Shown: positions 1 through 12,757, numbered from the stretch's first letter. The stretch is DNA of 64,000 nucleotides from an uncultured Methylomirabilota bacterium (GCA_963845565.1 CAWJSJ010000002.1:960001-1024000); one strand, 5' to 3'. Numbers and translations are program-made. Notes: a model not told the origin generated them from the letters alone.

Positions 1-283
1 CCGTCTTTCCCAGAACGAGCACCACCAACAGCAGGAACACGTTCAGCGCGAAGATGACGTAGGCGAAGCGTGCCACATTCCGATAGCTCACCGTGCACGC
101 CAGGACGAGGACGAATAGCCCAACCGCCAGCCAGGTGAGCTGCCGCAGGTGCAGGGTCTGGCGAAAGGGAGAGGTGGTAAAGGCGTTGGCGCTATAGATC
201 GACAGGACCCCGAGACACGCCATCCCCAGGATCGCGCCCGCGAAGCTCCAGTCAAAGTAGGTCAGCAACCGCCGATCGAACAT
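1..283 (-). CDS. rodA: Rod shape-determining protein RodA, 5' part (runs off window)
   Basis: Hand translation MFDRRLLTYFDWSFAGAILGMACLGVLSIYSA... is hydrophobic and SEDS-like; ATG overlaps the mrdA stop. Confidence 0.9.
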   Translation of the reverse strand, partial: MFDRRLLTYFDWSFAGAILGMACLGVLSIYSANAFTTSPFRQTLHLRQLTWLAVGLFVLVLACTVSYRNVARFAYVIFALNVFLLLVVLVLGKT

Positions 284-2130
284 CAGTCTTCCAGCTCCGC
301 TTCCTTGGGCTCGGCCACGCCGGGGCGTTCGGACGATTGGCGCGCCTCGAAGGCGGCCTGATAGACCGCCTTGGCGATCGGGGCGGCCACCAGTCCGCCG
401 AAGCCCCCGTTCTCCACCAGGACCACCACGGCGAGCCGGGGGTTGTCCACGGGGGCGAAGGAGGCGAACCAGCCGTGGTCCTTCACGTCCGCACTCCGTT
501 TCTCCTCCCCCTTCTTCACCACCTGCGCGGTCCCGGTCTTGCCCCCGATCTGCACGCCGGGCACCTTGGAGCGCGCGCCGGTGCCCTCCTCCACGACGCC
601 GAGCATGGCCTGCCGCATGAACGCGAGCGTCTCCGGTTTCACGTTCACCTGGCGGAGCGCCTCCGGCTCGTACGATTCCAGGACCTCGCCCGAGAGGGCC
701 ACGATCTTCTTGACCACCCATGGCCGGTAGATGGTCCCGCCGTTGGCGATGGCGGACACCATGGCCAGGAGCTGCATGGGCGAGGTCACCACGGCGCCCT
801 GGCCGATGCTGGCATTCACCGTGTTGCCCGCGGTCCAGGGGGGCTCGCCACGCCGTTTCGGTTGGGGGTTGGGGAGGTTCCCCTTGGCCTCGTCGCCCAA
901 TCCGAGGCCGGGGGCCTCGCCCAGGCCAAAGGCGCGGGAGACGCGGACGATCTCGTCGATGCCGACGCGCAGGCCCGCCTGATAGAAGTAGACGTTGCAG
1001 GAGTTGACGATGGCGCCGCGCAGATCGAGTCCGCCGTGTCCCCCCTTCTTCCAGTCGTCGAACTTCACGTTGCCGAGGTAGAACTGGCCTGCGCAGTTGA
1101 ACCGGGTCTCCGGGGTGAGGGCCCCGCTCTCCAGGCCGGCGATGGCCACGATCAGCTTGAAGATCGAGCCGGGCGGGTACTGCGCCTGGAAGGCGCGGTT
1201 CTGCAGCGGGTGGCTGGCATCCGTGGCGATGCGCTGCCACTCGTCGCCCGAGAGGCGCTGGGCAAAGAGGTTGGGGTCGAAGGAGGGCCGACTCACCATG
1301 GCCACGATCTCGCCGGTCTTTGGATTCATGGCGACGACCGTCCCCTTCTTCCCGGCGAAGGCCGCCTCGGCCGCTTCCTGGACCTTCCGGTCGATGGTCA
1401 GAAAGACGTTGGCGCCGGACCGCGGGTCGATGCGACTGGCCAGGCGGAGGGCACGGCCGCGGGCGTCCACCTCGATCTGCTCGCCGCCGTCCACACCGCG
1501 GATGAAGGCGTCGTAGCGCCGCTCGACCCCCGACTGCCCCAGGCTCTCGCCCGAGCGGAAGTCGCGGAACTCCTCGCGCTGGAGCTGCGCCTGGCTCACC
1601 TCGCTCACGTAGCCGAGCAGGTTGGCCGCCGTCCCGCCGCTGGGGTACGCGCGGATCGGGCGGATGCGGAGGTTGACCCCGGGCAGGTCGAGGCGGCGCT
1701 CCTCCACGGAGACCATCATGCCTTCATCCAGATCCTTGCGAATCAGGAGCGGTTGGTACGGCCGGGCCCGTCCCTCGGCCAGCTTGGCCTCGATGTCCCC
1801 GGTGGTCACCTTGAGAATCTCGGCCAAGGTGGCGGCTACCTCCCGGGGGTTCTTGACGTCCTCCGGCGTGGCGTAGAGGTCGAAGGTGGGCCGATTCTCG
1901 ACCAGGACCTCGCCATACCGATCCAGGATGAAGCCGCGCGGCGCCTCCACGACCCGCAGCCGGAGGCGGTTGTTGGTCGACAGGGTGAAGTAGTGATCGC
2001 CTTCCAGGATCTGGAGATACCAGAGACGGAGGAGCAGCACCAGACAGCCGATGCCGACGCAGAGCAGGGCTTTGCGCAGGCGCACGGGCAAGGCCTGGAC
2101 CGGGGACAGATGCCGGAACGTTCCTCTCAT
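283..2130 (-). CDS. mrdA: Penicillin-binding protein 2
   Basis: N-terminal TM; SxxK (GSIFK), SxN (SCN) and KTGT motifs; mre operon context. Confidence 0.95.
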   Translation of the reverse strand: MRGTFRHLSPVQALPVRLRKALLCVGIGCLVLLLRLWYLQILEGDHYFTLSTNNRLRLRVVEAPRGFILDRYGEVLVENRPTFDLYATPEDVKNPREVAATLAEILKVTTGDIEAKLAEGRARPYQPLLIRKDLDEGMMVSVEERRLDLPGVNLRIRPIRAYPSGGTAANLLGYVSEVSQAQLQREEFRDFRSGESLGQSGVERRYDAFIRGVDGGEQIEVDARGRALRLASRIDPRSGANVFLTIDRKVQEAAEAAFAGKKGTVVAMNPKTGEIVAMVSRPSFDPNLFAQRLSGDEWQRIATDASHPLQNRAFQAQYPPGSIFKLIVAIAGLESGALTPETRFNCAGQFYLGNVKFDDWKKGGHGGLDLRGAIVNSCNVYFYQAGLRVGIDEIVRVSRAFGLGEAPGLGLGDEAKGNLPNPQPKRRGEPPWTAGNTVNASIGQGAVVTSPMQLLAMVSAIANGGTIYRPWVVKKIVALSGEVLESYEPEALRQVNVKPETLAFMRQAMLGVVEEGTGARSKVPGVQIGGKTGTAQVVKKGEEKRSADVKDHGWFASFAPVDNPRLAVVVLVENGGFGGLVAAPIAKAVYQAAFEARQSSERPGVAEPKEAELED

Positions 2131-2606
2131 GTGGCTCGCATCAGCGCAGCGCGCACCTGGGGCACTCGCAGCAACAGGAACCCAACCACGGCAGTGTACA
2201 GCACCTCGGGCAACATGACCCCAAGGGCCGGCAGGAGCGGGGCAAAGCCCAGGAAGAAGACCAGGAGGGCCAACGTCACGACGCCCGCGCCGGCTCCGCC
2301 GGCCAGGAGCAGCCAGAACTGCGCCAGGGGTTTCTCGGTGTGCAGATCATGACTCAGCCAGGCTGTCGCACAGCCGATCAGGCTGTACGTGAAGGCCCGC
2401 AGCCCCAGGGGGCCGCCCGACAACGCGTCCTGGCAGAGGCCGACCAGGAACCCCTGGATCGTGGCCGCCTCCGGACTGACGCGGGGGCTGACCAGGAAAA
2501 TCAGCAGCAGGAAGAGGTCGGGCCGAATGCCGCCCACACTGATGGGTCCGAGCAGCACCGCCTGGACCGAGGCGGTGGCGAGCAAACCGAAGACGAACAG
2601 CTTCAT
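2127..2606 (-). CDS. mreD: Rod shape-determining protein MreD
   Basis: Hydrophobic 159 aa with GIRPDL and GLCQDALSG; lies between mreC and mrdA. Confidence 0.9.
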   Translation of the reverse strand: MKLFVFGLLATASVQAVLLGPISVGGIRPDLFLLLIFLVSPRVSPEAATIQGFLVGLCQDALSGGPLGLRAFTYSLIGCATAWLSHDLHTEKPLAQFWLLLAGGAGAGVVTLALLVFFLGFAPLLPALGVMLPEVLYTAVVGFLLLRVPQVRAALMRAT

Positions 2607-3472
2607 GGCTGCGGGCGGCTCCCGGCCTCGAAGCCGTCACGTTGCTCCGCCACCATCAGGATCAGCACCTCTTCCAGCCGGCCAAGATCCACTGTGGGCT
2701 GCAGGACGGCCTCCAGGAACAAGGCGCCGCTCTTGCGCTCCACGGCGGTGACGCGACCCACCGGGATGCCCTTGGGGAAGACGCCGCCCATGCCCGAGGT
2801 CACCACCTCGTCCCCGACGGCGACGTCCGCCAGGAGGGGGAGGTAGCGCATTCTCAAGCCGGCGCCCAGATTGCCGGACACGATCCCGGTGACCCGCGTC
2901 CGCTGCAGCAGGCCGCCGCTGGCGCTGACCGGGTCGGTGACGAGCTGGACCTTCGCCGTGTAGGGGGTCACCTCGACCACGCGGCCGACCAGGCCCTCCG
3001 GCGCCACCACCGGAAAGTTCCGCCGCAGCCCGGCTTGGCTCCCCCGGTCGATGAGGATGGTCTTGAACCAGTTGGTGGCGTCCTTGCCCACGATCCGGGC
3101 TGCCAGGTAGTTCGCCCGGGAGGTCTCCCGCATGGCCAGCAGACCCTGCAGGCGCTGGGTCTCCAGGGCGTGCTCTTCGAGTTGGCTGATACGGCGTTGC
3201 AGGATGGCCGACTCCCGCTGCAGGCGCTGGTTCTCCTCGCGCAGCGCGCGGAGGTCCACGTAGTCGTGCCACACGCGGCCCAAGCCTCCCGCGGCGACGG
3301 CGGTGACCTTGATGAACGGGGAGACGACGAACAGGATGGCCTGGCGTGCAAAGGAGAGCGCGGCGTGGTCGTGCCGGACCTGCACGGTCATGAGCACGAA
3401 CGCGACGAGCAGGGCGAGGGCCAGAATGAGAACCCGGCGATAGCGCGACACAAACCGCCAGACGATGGTCAC
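2603..3472 (-). CDS. mreC: Rod shape-determining protein MreC
   Basis: TM, coiled coil, IDRG and VTSGMGGVFPKGIPVG. Confidence 0.95.
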   Translation of the reverse strand: MTIVWRFVSRYRRVLILALALLVAFVLMTVQVRHDHAALSFARQAILFVVSPFIKVTAVAAGGLGRVWHDYVDLRALREENQRLQRESAILQRRISQLEEHALETQRLQGLLAMRETSRANYLAARIVGKDATNWFKTILIDRGSQAGLRRNFPVVAPEGLVGRVVEVTPYTAKVQLVTDPVSASGGLLQRTRVTGIVSGNLGAGLRMRYLPLLADVAVGDEVVTSGMGGVFPKGIPVGRVTAVERKSGALFLEAVLQPTVDLGRLEEVLILMVAEQRDGFEAGSRPQP

Positions 3473-3485
3473 AGCATCCGCCTCG

Positions 3486-3525
3486 GCCGCCGCCGCCCGG
3501 TCGCCCCGGCGGGGGCGGCGGCGGC
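3486..3525. other. GC-rich stem-loop between mreB and mreC
   Basis: GCCGCCGCCGCCC...GGGCGGCGGCGGC 13-bp inverted repeat, no U tract. Confidence 0.5.
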
Positions 3526-3562
3526 GATCGTTCTCCCGACCGCGCCCGCCCCGCGGGGTGGC

Positions 3563-5788
<2,226 letters not shown>

Positions 5789-5829
5789 GCCCGCGCTCCC
5801 CGCGAACAGCGATTCGCACACACTGCGGA

Positions 5830-6147
5830 CTAGGGATGCGACGTGGCGGCCGTCCCGGGCTGGCCGGCAGCCGCCAGAGCGGTGGGTCGTGCGGGGCGGG
5901 GATAGATCCGCTGCCATGCCTCGTGCTTCGTGATGATGATCTTGGAGAGCGACGACGGCTCTGCCCGCAGGTCCCGCACCCGCTGGAAGTCCTGAACCAT
6001 ACCCACGAGATAGGTGAGCAGCAGGCCGCCCAGGACGAGCTGGGTCATGCCCCACCAGGCGTGCGGCGAGACCGCCACATTGGCAGGGGCGTCCGGAAGC
6101 TTGGCGAGAGCCGTCTCGACCTGAGTCAACGTGTATTCAAAGGACAT
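5830..6147 (-). CDS. Hypothetical membrane protein
   Basis: MSFEYTL... with one hydrophobic segment; AGGAG-like RBS upstream. Confidence 0.45.
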   Translation of the reverse strand: MSFEYTLTQVETALAKLPDAPANVAVSPHAWWGMTQLVLGGLLLTYLVGMVQDFQRVRDLRAEPSSLSKIIITKHEAWQRIYPRPARPTALAAAGQPGTAATSHP

Positions 6148-6535
6148 GGCTGGGTTTCTCCCTGTCCGTCCGGGAAAGAGACACGTGCCCGCCGGGCTGG
6201 CGCGCTCCATCCGGGGATCACCGGATTTGTTCCGCGACGTGGAGGCCTCACACGGGTCGTGTGCCTTAATGGTTTGACCCGTGGGACGTCCGCCTCAGGA
6301 GGATGAAGGATAGAATAAGTCCGGATACTGAGAAGATTCGGCGAGGCGGCCGAAAGAGGCGATCTGAATGTCTGTGTATCGTGTAAGGTAGGGGAAGGGT
6401 ACCCGGATCAGTCTCCTGTGTCAATCGATTTCTTGGGGGTGTGACTCGCATGGCAACTAGCCCTGGGGGCGACGGTCCCGTGTACGGCCAAGCAGCCTGG
6501 CAGAAGGCGGAGCGAGAGGGATCAGGGGGTAGCCG

Positions 6536-7829
6536 ATGAGTAGTCCCACGGACGGCATCCCAGAGTACCCCCGCCTGCGCCCGGTGGAGGCCGTTCCGGC
6601 CACCATCCAGGGGCAGGATGTCCTCTGTCTCCGCGACCCCATGCACTACAGCGATATGGTGGTGTCCGTGCCACCCCAGACCGCCGCCATCCTGGAGCTG
6701 TTCGACGGAGCACATTCTCTCCAGGACATCCAGGAGGCGATCGGCCGGCGGTTCGGGATGCTTCTGGCCCGCGAGCAACTTATGGAGGTGGTGCGGTCGC
6801 TGGACGAGTGTCTGTTGCTGGAGAGCCCGCATTTCGCCGGCCACCGGGAGGCGGTGGAGCGGGACTTCCGCCAGGCGCCGCAGCGCCCGGCCCGTCTGGC
6901 CGGAAAAAGCTACCCCGCCGAGCCGGAGGCGCTGCGACGCGAGCTGGACGGCTATTTCGGCGCGACCGAGGGACCCGGGGACACGCTCCCCAGCCCGGCG
7001 GCGGCACGGCTCCGCGGCCTGGTCGTTCCCTCACATCGATTTCCCCCGCGGCGGGCCCTGCTACGCGTGGGGGTACCGGGAGCTGGCGGGGTCCCCTCCG
7101 GCGGACCGCTATATCATCCTGGGCACGGTGCACGTTCCGATCGCCCAGCCCTTCGCGCTCACCCGCAAAGATTTCGAGACGCCCCTGGGACCGGCGGAGG
7201 CGGACCAGGAATTCCTGGAGGCGCTGCTGGCGCGGGTCGGCCCTGGGTACCTCAAGGACGAATTCGCCCACCGCGGGGAGCATTCCATCGAGTTCCAGGC
7301 GGTGTTCCTCCGGCACGTGATCCCCGCCGGGCGACCGGTGCGGATCGTGCCGGTCCTCTGCGGGTCGTTCCATCAGCAGGTGGAGGCGCGATGCGCGCCG
7401 GCGCCGTGCGGGCAGATGGAAACGTTCCTCGGGGCGCTTCGGGACACCATGGCGGCCGTTGGTGGACGCACCGTGATCGTCGCGAGCGCCGACCTTGCCC
7501 ACGTCGGGCCCCAGTTCGGCGATCCGCGGCCGCTGACGCCGGGGCAGCTCCGCGAGCTCGACGCGGCGGATCGCCGGATGCTCTCGTCCGCGGAGGCCGG
7601 CGACGCCGAGGGCTTCTTCCGGGCCGTGGCAGCAGACGGCGACCGCCGGCACATCTGCGGTCTGCCCCCCATCTATGCGGCGCTACGGATCCTGGGCGGC
7701 CACCCGGGCCGGCTCATCCGGTACGGCCAGTGGCCGGATCCGAACGGCACGGTCACGTTTGCCGCGCTCGCCTGGTACGCGCCAGATGGCGGGCGTGGCG
7801 AGCCACGAGCCGTGAGCCACGAGCCTTGA
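6536..7829 (+). CDS. AmmeMemoRadiSam system protein B (MEMO1 family) with N-terminal extension; one frameshift near 7030
   Basis: ORF 6536 (to RGLVVP) continues in ORF 6618 (PHIDF, EHSIEFQ, SADLAHVG, ICGLPP); extra C in GTTCCCTCAC. Confidence 0.85.
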
Positions 7830-8251
7830 ACGCGGCGCTGCCGTCTGACCCGGGGGGCGGCCGGGTGCCTACCACGCCCGGCGATGTGTTGCGGCAGCTT
7901 GTCGAGGCGCTGGAGCGCTGGGGGGAACTGTTTCTCCGCGTGGCGGACGAGGAGCGGGTGCCGGCAGCGGAGCAGGTGCTGGGTGGGCTGGTGGACTGGA
8001 TGGGGAACGGCCTCCTGGACGGCTGGCTGCACCTGCCGATCCCGCGCTTCGAGGCCATCAGCGATCTGGCGGAGGAGTTGCGTGAGGTGTCCCAGGCCTA
8101 CCTGGTTCGGTTGCAGCAGGCGCCGCCTGCCTGCTCTGCCGAGGAGCGCATGGCGCACGAGGCGGCCATTCGCTCGATCATGACCCGCATGCAAGCCCTC
8201 GCCGTTCCCAACCCCCAATCCCCAACCCCGAACCCCAAGGGTGGCCCATGA
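7826..8251 (+). CDS. Hypothetical helical protein
   Basis: TTG overlaps the previous stop and its own stop overlaps the next ATG; GC3-rich codons; start uncertain. Confidence 0.6.
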   Translation: MNAALPSDPGGGRVPTTPGDVLRQLVEALERWGELFLRVADEERVPAAEQVLGGLVDWMGNGLLDGWLHLPIPRFEAISDLAEELREVSQAYLVRLQQAPPACSAEERMAHEAAIRSIMTRMQALAVPNPQSPTPNPKGGP

Positions 8252-8487
8252 CTATTCGCCGGTGGATCGAGAGGCGGCTCTGGGGCCGCGGCCGCGCGGT
8301 GCAGTACGTGTTCATCCATCCGACCTGCGGCCAGGCGGACGTCGAGGCGGGCTACCTACCCGAGTGGGGCCACCCGAAGTTTCTCTGCCGCCGCTGCGGG
8401 GTCGCCTTCGACGAGGCGAGCGCTCGGCTGGACTGGCAGGGCGATCGGCCGCCCCTCTCCGGCTCCCCTCCAGCCACCAGGAGCTGA
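8248..8487 (+). CDS. Small putative zinc-binding protein
   Basis: HPTC...CRRC ligand pairs; ATGA coupling to the upstream gene. Confidence 0.6.
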   Translation: MTIRRWIERRLWGRGRAVQYVFIHPTCGQADVEAGYLPEWGHPKFLCRRCGVAFDEASARLDWQGDRPPLSGSPPATRS

Positions 8488-8535
8488 TTGCTGACCGCTG
8501 ATCGCTGAATGCTGATGGCTGACCGCTGACCGCTG
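8483..8535 (+). repeat. Heptamer tandem repeat (GCTGANN)x7.5
   Basis: GCTGATT GCTGACC GCTGATC GCTGAAT GCTGATG GCTGACC GCTGACC GCTG. Confidence 0.9.
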
Positions 8536-8557
8536 TGTGCGGAGCGCAGGAGCCCAC

Positions 8558-9718
8558 ATGTATGACCTGGTGATCCGAAACGGCCTGGTGATCGACCCCG
8601 CGCAGGGGCTGTCCGAGAAGCGCGACCTGGGGATCCAAGCAGGTAGGATCGTATCGGTCGCGCCGGAGATCGCCCCCGATGCGGCCTGGGACTCGCTGGA
8701 CGCCTCGGGCTACCTGGTGACGCCGGGTCTGATCGACATCCATGTCCACGTGTATCCCGGCGTGAGTCATTACGGGGTCTCGCCGGACGCCACCTGCCTG
8801 GCCCGCGGGGTGACGACCGTCTGCGACGCGGGCTCCGCCGGGGCGGACACCTTCGACGGATTGCGGCGGTACGTCATCGACGTCTCCGAGACGCGGGTGC
8901 TGGCGTTCCTGAACATCGCCGCCATCGGGATGGTGAGCCCGCTGGACAACGAGCTGGAGGACCTCCGGCACGCCAGCCCGGAGCGGGCGATCGGTGTCGT
9001 CGAGCGGCACCGGGACGTGATCCAGGGGATCAAAGCCCGTCTGTCGCGTCCCAACGTGGGGCAGAACGGCCTGGAGCCGCTCCGGCTCGCCCGCCGCGCC
9101 GCGGAAGCCGTGGGGCTGCCGATCATGGTTCACGTGGGCGACACTCCATCGCCGCTCGGGGACATCCTGGCGGAGCTGCGCCCCGGCGACCTCGTGACGC
9201 ACTGCTTCCACGGCCGGGCGCACGGCATCCTGGACGACCACGGGGCCGTGCGGCCGGAGGTGACGGAGGCGGCCCGCAAGGGGATCATCTTCGACGTGGG
9301 GCACGGCGTCGGCAGCTTCAGCTTCGCGGTGGCGCGCAGCGCCCTGGCGCAGGGGCTGGTGCCGGCCACCATCAGCAGCGACCTGCACCACTACAACGTG
9401 AACGGCCCGGTGTTCGACCTGGCCACCACCATGTCGAAGTTCCTCCTGCTCGGGCTGCCGCTGCACGAGGTGCTGGCCAAGGCCACGTCGGTCCCGTCAC
9501 GCCTGTTGGGGCTCGACGATCGGCTGGGCGCCATCCGCGAAGGGTACCTGGCAGACATCACGGTCTTCAGGCTGGCAGAGGGAGAGTTCGAGTTCGAGGA
9601 CAGCATGAAGCAGCGCGTGATCGGGCGGCAAAGGCTCGAGCCGGTAGCGGTGATCCGCCGGGGAAGGATCTACCGTAGCGGACTCCGTGTCCAGCGCCGG
9701 ATCGGCCACCGATATTAA
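8558..9718 (+). CDS. Amidohydrolase/deacetylase family metallohydrolase (dihydroorotase-like)
   Basis: PGLIDIHVH, DAGSAG, IKARL, THCFHG, DVGHG and ISSDLH motifs. Confidence 0.9.
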   Translation: MYDLVIRNGLVIDPAQGLSEKRDLGIQAGRIVSVAPEIAPDAAWDSLDASGYLVTPGLIDIHVHVYPGVSHYGVSPDATCLARGVTTVCDAGSAGADTFDGLRRYVIDVSETRVLAFLNIAAIGMVSPLDNELEDLRHASPERAIGVVERHRDVIQGIKARLSRPNVGQNGLEPLRLARRAAEAVGLPIMVHVGDTPSPLGDILAELRPGDLVTHCFHGRAHGILDDHGAVRPEVTEAARKGIIFDVGHGVGSFSFAVARSALAQGLVPATISSDLHHYNVNGPVFDLATTMSKFLLLGLPLHEVLAKATSVPSRLLGLDDRLGAIREGYLADITVFRLAEGEFEFEDSMKQRVIGRQRLEPVAVIRRGRIYRSGLRVQRRIGHRY

Positions 9719-9726
9719 ACAGTGCG

Positions 9727-9843
<117 letters not shown>

Positions 9844-10173
9844 ATACGGCTTCCGTATCAGGGACGTAATAAAACCATGCGGGGCCAAAGCCGTCAAGCG
9901 AAAAATCCCCCCGCCTGTTCGCCTCCCCGCGTCCCGCCCGTCTTTTTCATTGCCTCTGTCTGTTCTGCCTTCTGCCCACTGCCAGCTGCCCGCTGCTCCC
10001 ACCTTCCCGCTCGCTGTATCTCTTCGTGTTGCGTGGCGTATCCTTTCGATGACAACAGCGGGGCTACCGGCGGGGAGCGCGTTGGGCCCCGCGGAAGATC
10101 CTCGCACGCCGCAAGCGGGCAACGATGCGAGGATGCGACGGCACGGCCCTCCGCGTTCCGGCCGAACCAAGGA

Positions 10174-10189
10174 CGGTACGGTAGTTGCT
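10174..10189 (+). promoter_or_regulatory. Putative sigma54 promoter
   Basis: CGGTACGGTAGTTGCT has GG-N10-GC spacing. Confidence 0.65.
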
Positions 10190-10325
10190 CTCTTGCGCGG
10201 GGTACGCGGAAAGAACGCGTGACGAAATCCTGGAAAGGAGGTGAGATCCCATGGGCCAATCGTGTGGGGACCGAGGAGGTTGATCTTCAGCATGCTGGAA
10301 GGACCGGCAAGAAGTGGAGAGGAAC

Positions 10326-10667
10326 ATGAAGACGTCGAGAATGATAGTAGTAGTGGCGGTGCTCCTGGCGGGGGCTCCCGTGTTCGCCCAGACGGCTGGG
10401 CAACCCGTCGAGCCCGGAACGGTCAACATGCCCGAGGGCGGGGTGCATCAAGCCGAGATGTCGGTCACGGGCAGGATCACGGAACTCGATCTGTCCGCTG
10501 GAACCGTGACCCTCGACAACGGGACGGAGTTTACGCTCGCGCCGTCCCTGCAGTTCACGAGCTTCCCGGCCCTGGGGCAAGACGTCGAAGTGCTGTACGA
10601 CGAGCAGGGGGGAAAGCGGGTGGCGCGCTCCATTGACCAGAGCGTACACGGGGGCAATGCTGACTAA
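10326..10667 (+). CDS. Small secreted protein, DUF1344-like
   Basis: Signal peptide; GRITELDLSAGTVTLDNGTEFTL...GQDVEVLY OB-fold-like pattern. Confidence 0.7.
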   Translation: MKTSRMIVVVAVLLAGAPVFAQTAGQPVEPGTVNMPEGGVHQAEMSVTGRITELDLSAGTVTLDNGTEFTLAPSLQFTSFPALGQDVEVLYDEQGGKRVARSIDQSVHGGNAD

Positions 10668-11062
10668 CCCGGGGACCATCCGCACGCCTCAACCGGGATC
10701 CTAAAGCCGGTCTCGCTCGCCCAACCGGACCGCTGAACAACCAGTGCCGGCCGGGCCGGCGACAGCGGAGATTGACGCACTCGGGGTCCTTGGGGGGCAG
10801 AAGGGGGGCGGCCGCCACTGGAGCGGCCGCCCAAGGCAACACCAAGGTCGAGTGCTGCAAGGTGTGATAGCAGCGCCCCTGGTTGTGCTGAAAATAGTGG
10901 GGCTCGAGTTCCCACTCGCCTCCTCTGGTCCAGTTACCTTTTCCCCTCTCGCCAGCTTTCTGTCACCTGCCTCTGCAAACTGCCAGCTCTTCATCATCCG
11001 TCTTCCCATTGCAATTGACCAATTGCCTAATCGCCAATCGACACGCTCCCGCTTCCCGCTCG

Positions 11063-11104
11063 CTGCCAACTGCCAGCTGCCAACTGCCAGCTGCCGCCTG
11101 CCAG
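11063..11104 (+). repeat. Heptamer tandem repeat (CTGCCAR)x6
   Basis: CTGCCAA CTGCCAG CTGCCAA CTGCCAG CTGCCGC CTGCCAG. Confidence 0.85.
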
Positions 11105-11279
11105 CTAGCCTCCACCCGGTGTCTCCATTCTCGTTCCACCGTGTCTCTCTTCCAAGACACCAGCGGCCCGACCGGTGCCGGGCGCGCCGGGCCCCTCGGA
11201 CGATCCTCGCGCTCCCGAAGCGTGTCACGGCGCGAGGATTCGAAGACGCGGCTCGGCGGAATCGTGGTCGGGCAGCAGA

Positions 11280-11295
11280 CGGTACGGCAATTGCC
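11280..11295 (+). promoter_or_regulatory. Putative sigma54 promoter (paralog of 10174)
   Basis: CGGTACGGCAATTGCC has GG-N10-GC spacing. Confidence 0.65.
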
Positions 11296-11339
11296 CTATC
11301 CTTCGGAAAGTGCCCCGCGACGAGGAGGTTCTAGGGGTG

Positions 11340-11546
11340 ATGGCGACGGCGGATCTCCTGATCTTGGTCCTGCGGGTGCTCCCAGAGAAGCTCCGCGAGA
11401 GCCTGAATGCGGAGCGCGACCTCCCTGGGAAGAGAAGGAGCGGCCGGACACGTCTGGCTCGGCGTGCGAGAATCCGGGATCTGAACAGACAAGATCGCCG
11501 GGGGGAACGCTCGCTTATTCGTGGCGTGCGAACAAAGGGCGCGTGA
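11340..11546 (+). CDS. Small basic hypothetical protein
   Basis: AGGAGG RBS; MATADLLILVLRVLPEKLRESL...; directly after the sigma54 site. Confidence 0.45.
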   Translation: MATADLLILVLRVLPEKLRESLNAERDLPGKRRSGRTRLARRARIRDLNRQDRRGERSLIRGVRTKGA

Positions 11547-11658
11547 CGAGATTCTGGAGAGGAGGTGAGGTGTCTGGGGGGACCGAAGAGGCGGATTCTT
11601 CGGAAAGGCGAAACGACATGCATTGAAACGGTCTCAGAGAGCAGGAAGGAGGGTTCAC

Positions 11659-12262
11659 ATGAAAAAGCTGGCTGTGTTCATGATGATACCCGCCTTGGCC
11701 ATGTTCATGGTGCCGGCGCTGGCATCGGCGAATTGGTACTACTGGTGGGGCATCCAGGGGACCTGGGAGATGAGCGCTTCGGGCAGCTGTCTCCATTCGT
11801 CGGAGCCGTACGAACAAATCCGAATGGCAACTGGTGGACCGCTCCCGCTGGTTCTCAAGTCTATGCCGGTGTTACCGTGTCCAACGGCACTTGGGTTTTC
11901 AAGGCTAATGGTGCGGGAACGTATTCGCAGAGGATCTACGCCACGATCTTGCCGGGCGGCGCCGCTTCCATGAATGGCAGTTGCCGTACCTCTGGAAGTG
12001 CGTGTGATCCTCCACAATCGGTCGCGGAACCAAGCCGGTGGACTTCACCTACGAAATCACGCCTTCTGGGGATATTACAGTAACTGAGACTGTTAGCGGT
12101 ATCAAGCTTATCGGAAATATTTCAAAGGACATGAACACCATGACACTCCTCAGTGCTAATAATGTTCAGAAATTTGGAGCAAATTTCCAGTATACAATCT
12201 GTAATACGGCGCGCACCCTGATCAAGGTGCCAGAGATGCATTACCCCACAGGTCTCAGATAA
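11659..12262 (+). pseudogene. Secreted beta-rich protein with about 3 frameshifts (pseudogene or sequencing error); lower GC
   Basis: Signal peptide MKKLAVF...; coding-like segments split across ORFs 11623, 11565 and 12038. Confidence 0.6.
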
Positions 12263-12757
12263 GAACGCATCGGTTTGCTTGCGGACCTTTGCTAGTGCGC
12301 GGTTGCCCCACCAAACGCCCTAGCCGAGGAGGGACGAAACGAGGCAGGCACAGCGCCTTTGGATCAAGGAAGAGCAACCGGGCTCACGTTCGCGGACAAG
12401 TCGGGCAAGGCTTGGGGAGACGGAGCACTCTTCGTCGCGTTCGCCCTGTGCGCGGAGACGCAGAATCCCACTACGGGTAGTCAGCGCACTGTGGTACCGG
12501 GCCGGGGTGCGTCCAGGGGACTTATCCTCCCAGCGTTCATCCTTGACAACGCGGTCAGGCGAGGATTAACGTCCCCGCAGTAAACTCTCTGAGAACACAC
12601 GTCCGGCCCGGCGCGAGGCGAGAGCGGCGATGAATGGGCCTCGGACAGTCTCTGGCGCCCCCGTCGGCCATCTCCATGGCCAGCGGGGGCGCTTTGTCTT
12701 TGAGGAGCGCACGAAGGGTCGTTTTGCGCAAGGTCCTCGAAACGGACGGATGGGGGC

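Noticed and set aside
6250..6283. Hairpin CACGGGTC...GACCCGTG as a riboswitch
   Set aside because: A single 8-bp stem with no recognisable aptamer consensus.
7020..7040. Programmed frameshifting in the MEMO gene or at 32500
   Set aside because: No slippery heptamer, and the window shows many probable read indels.
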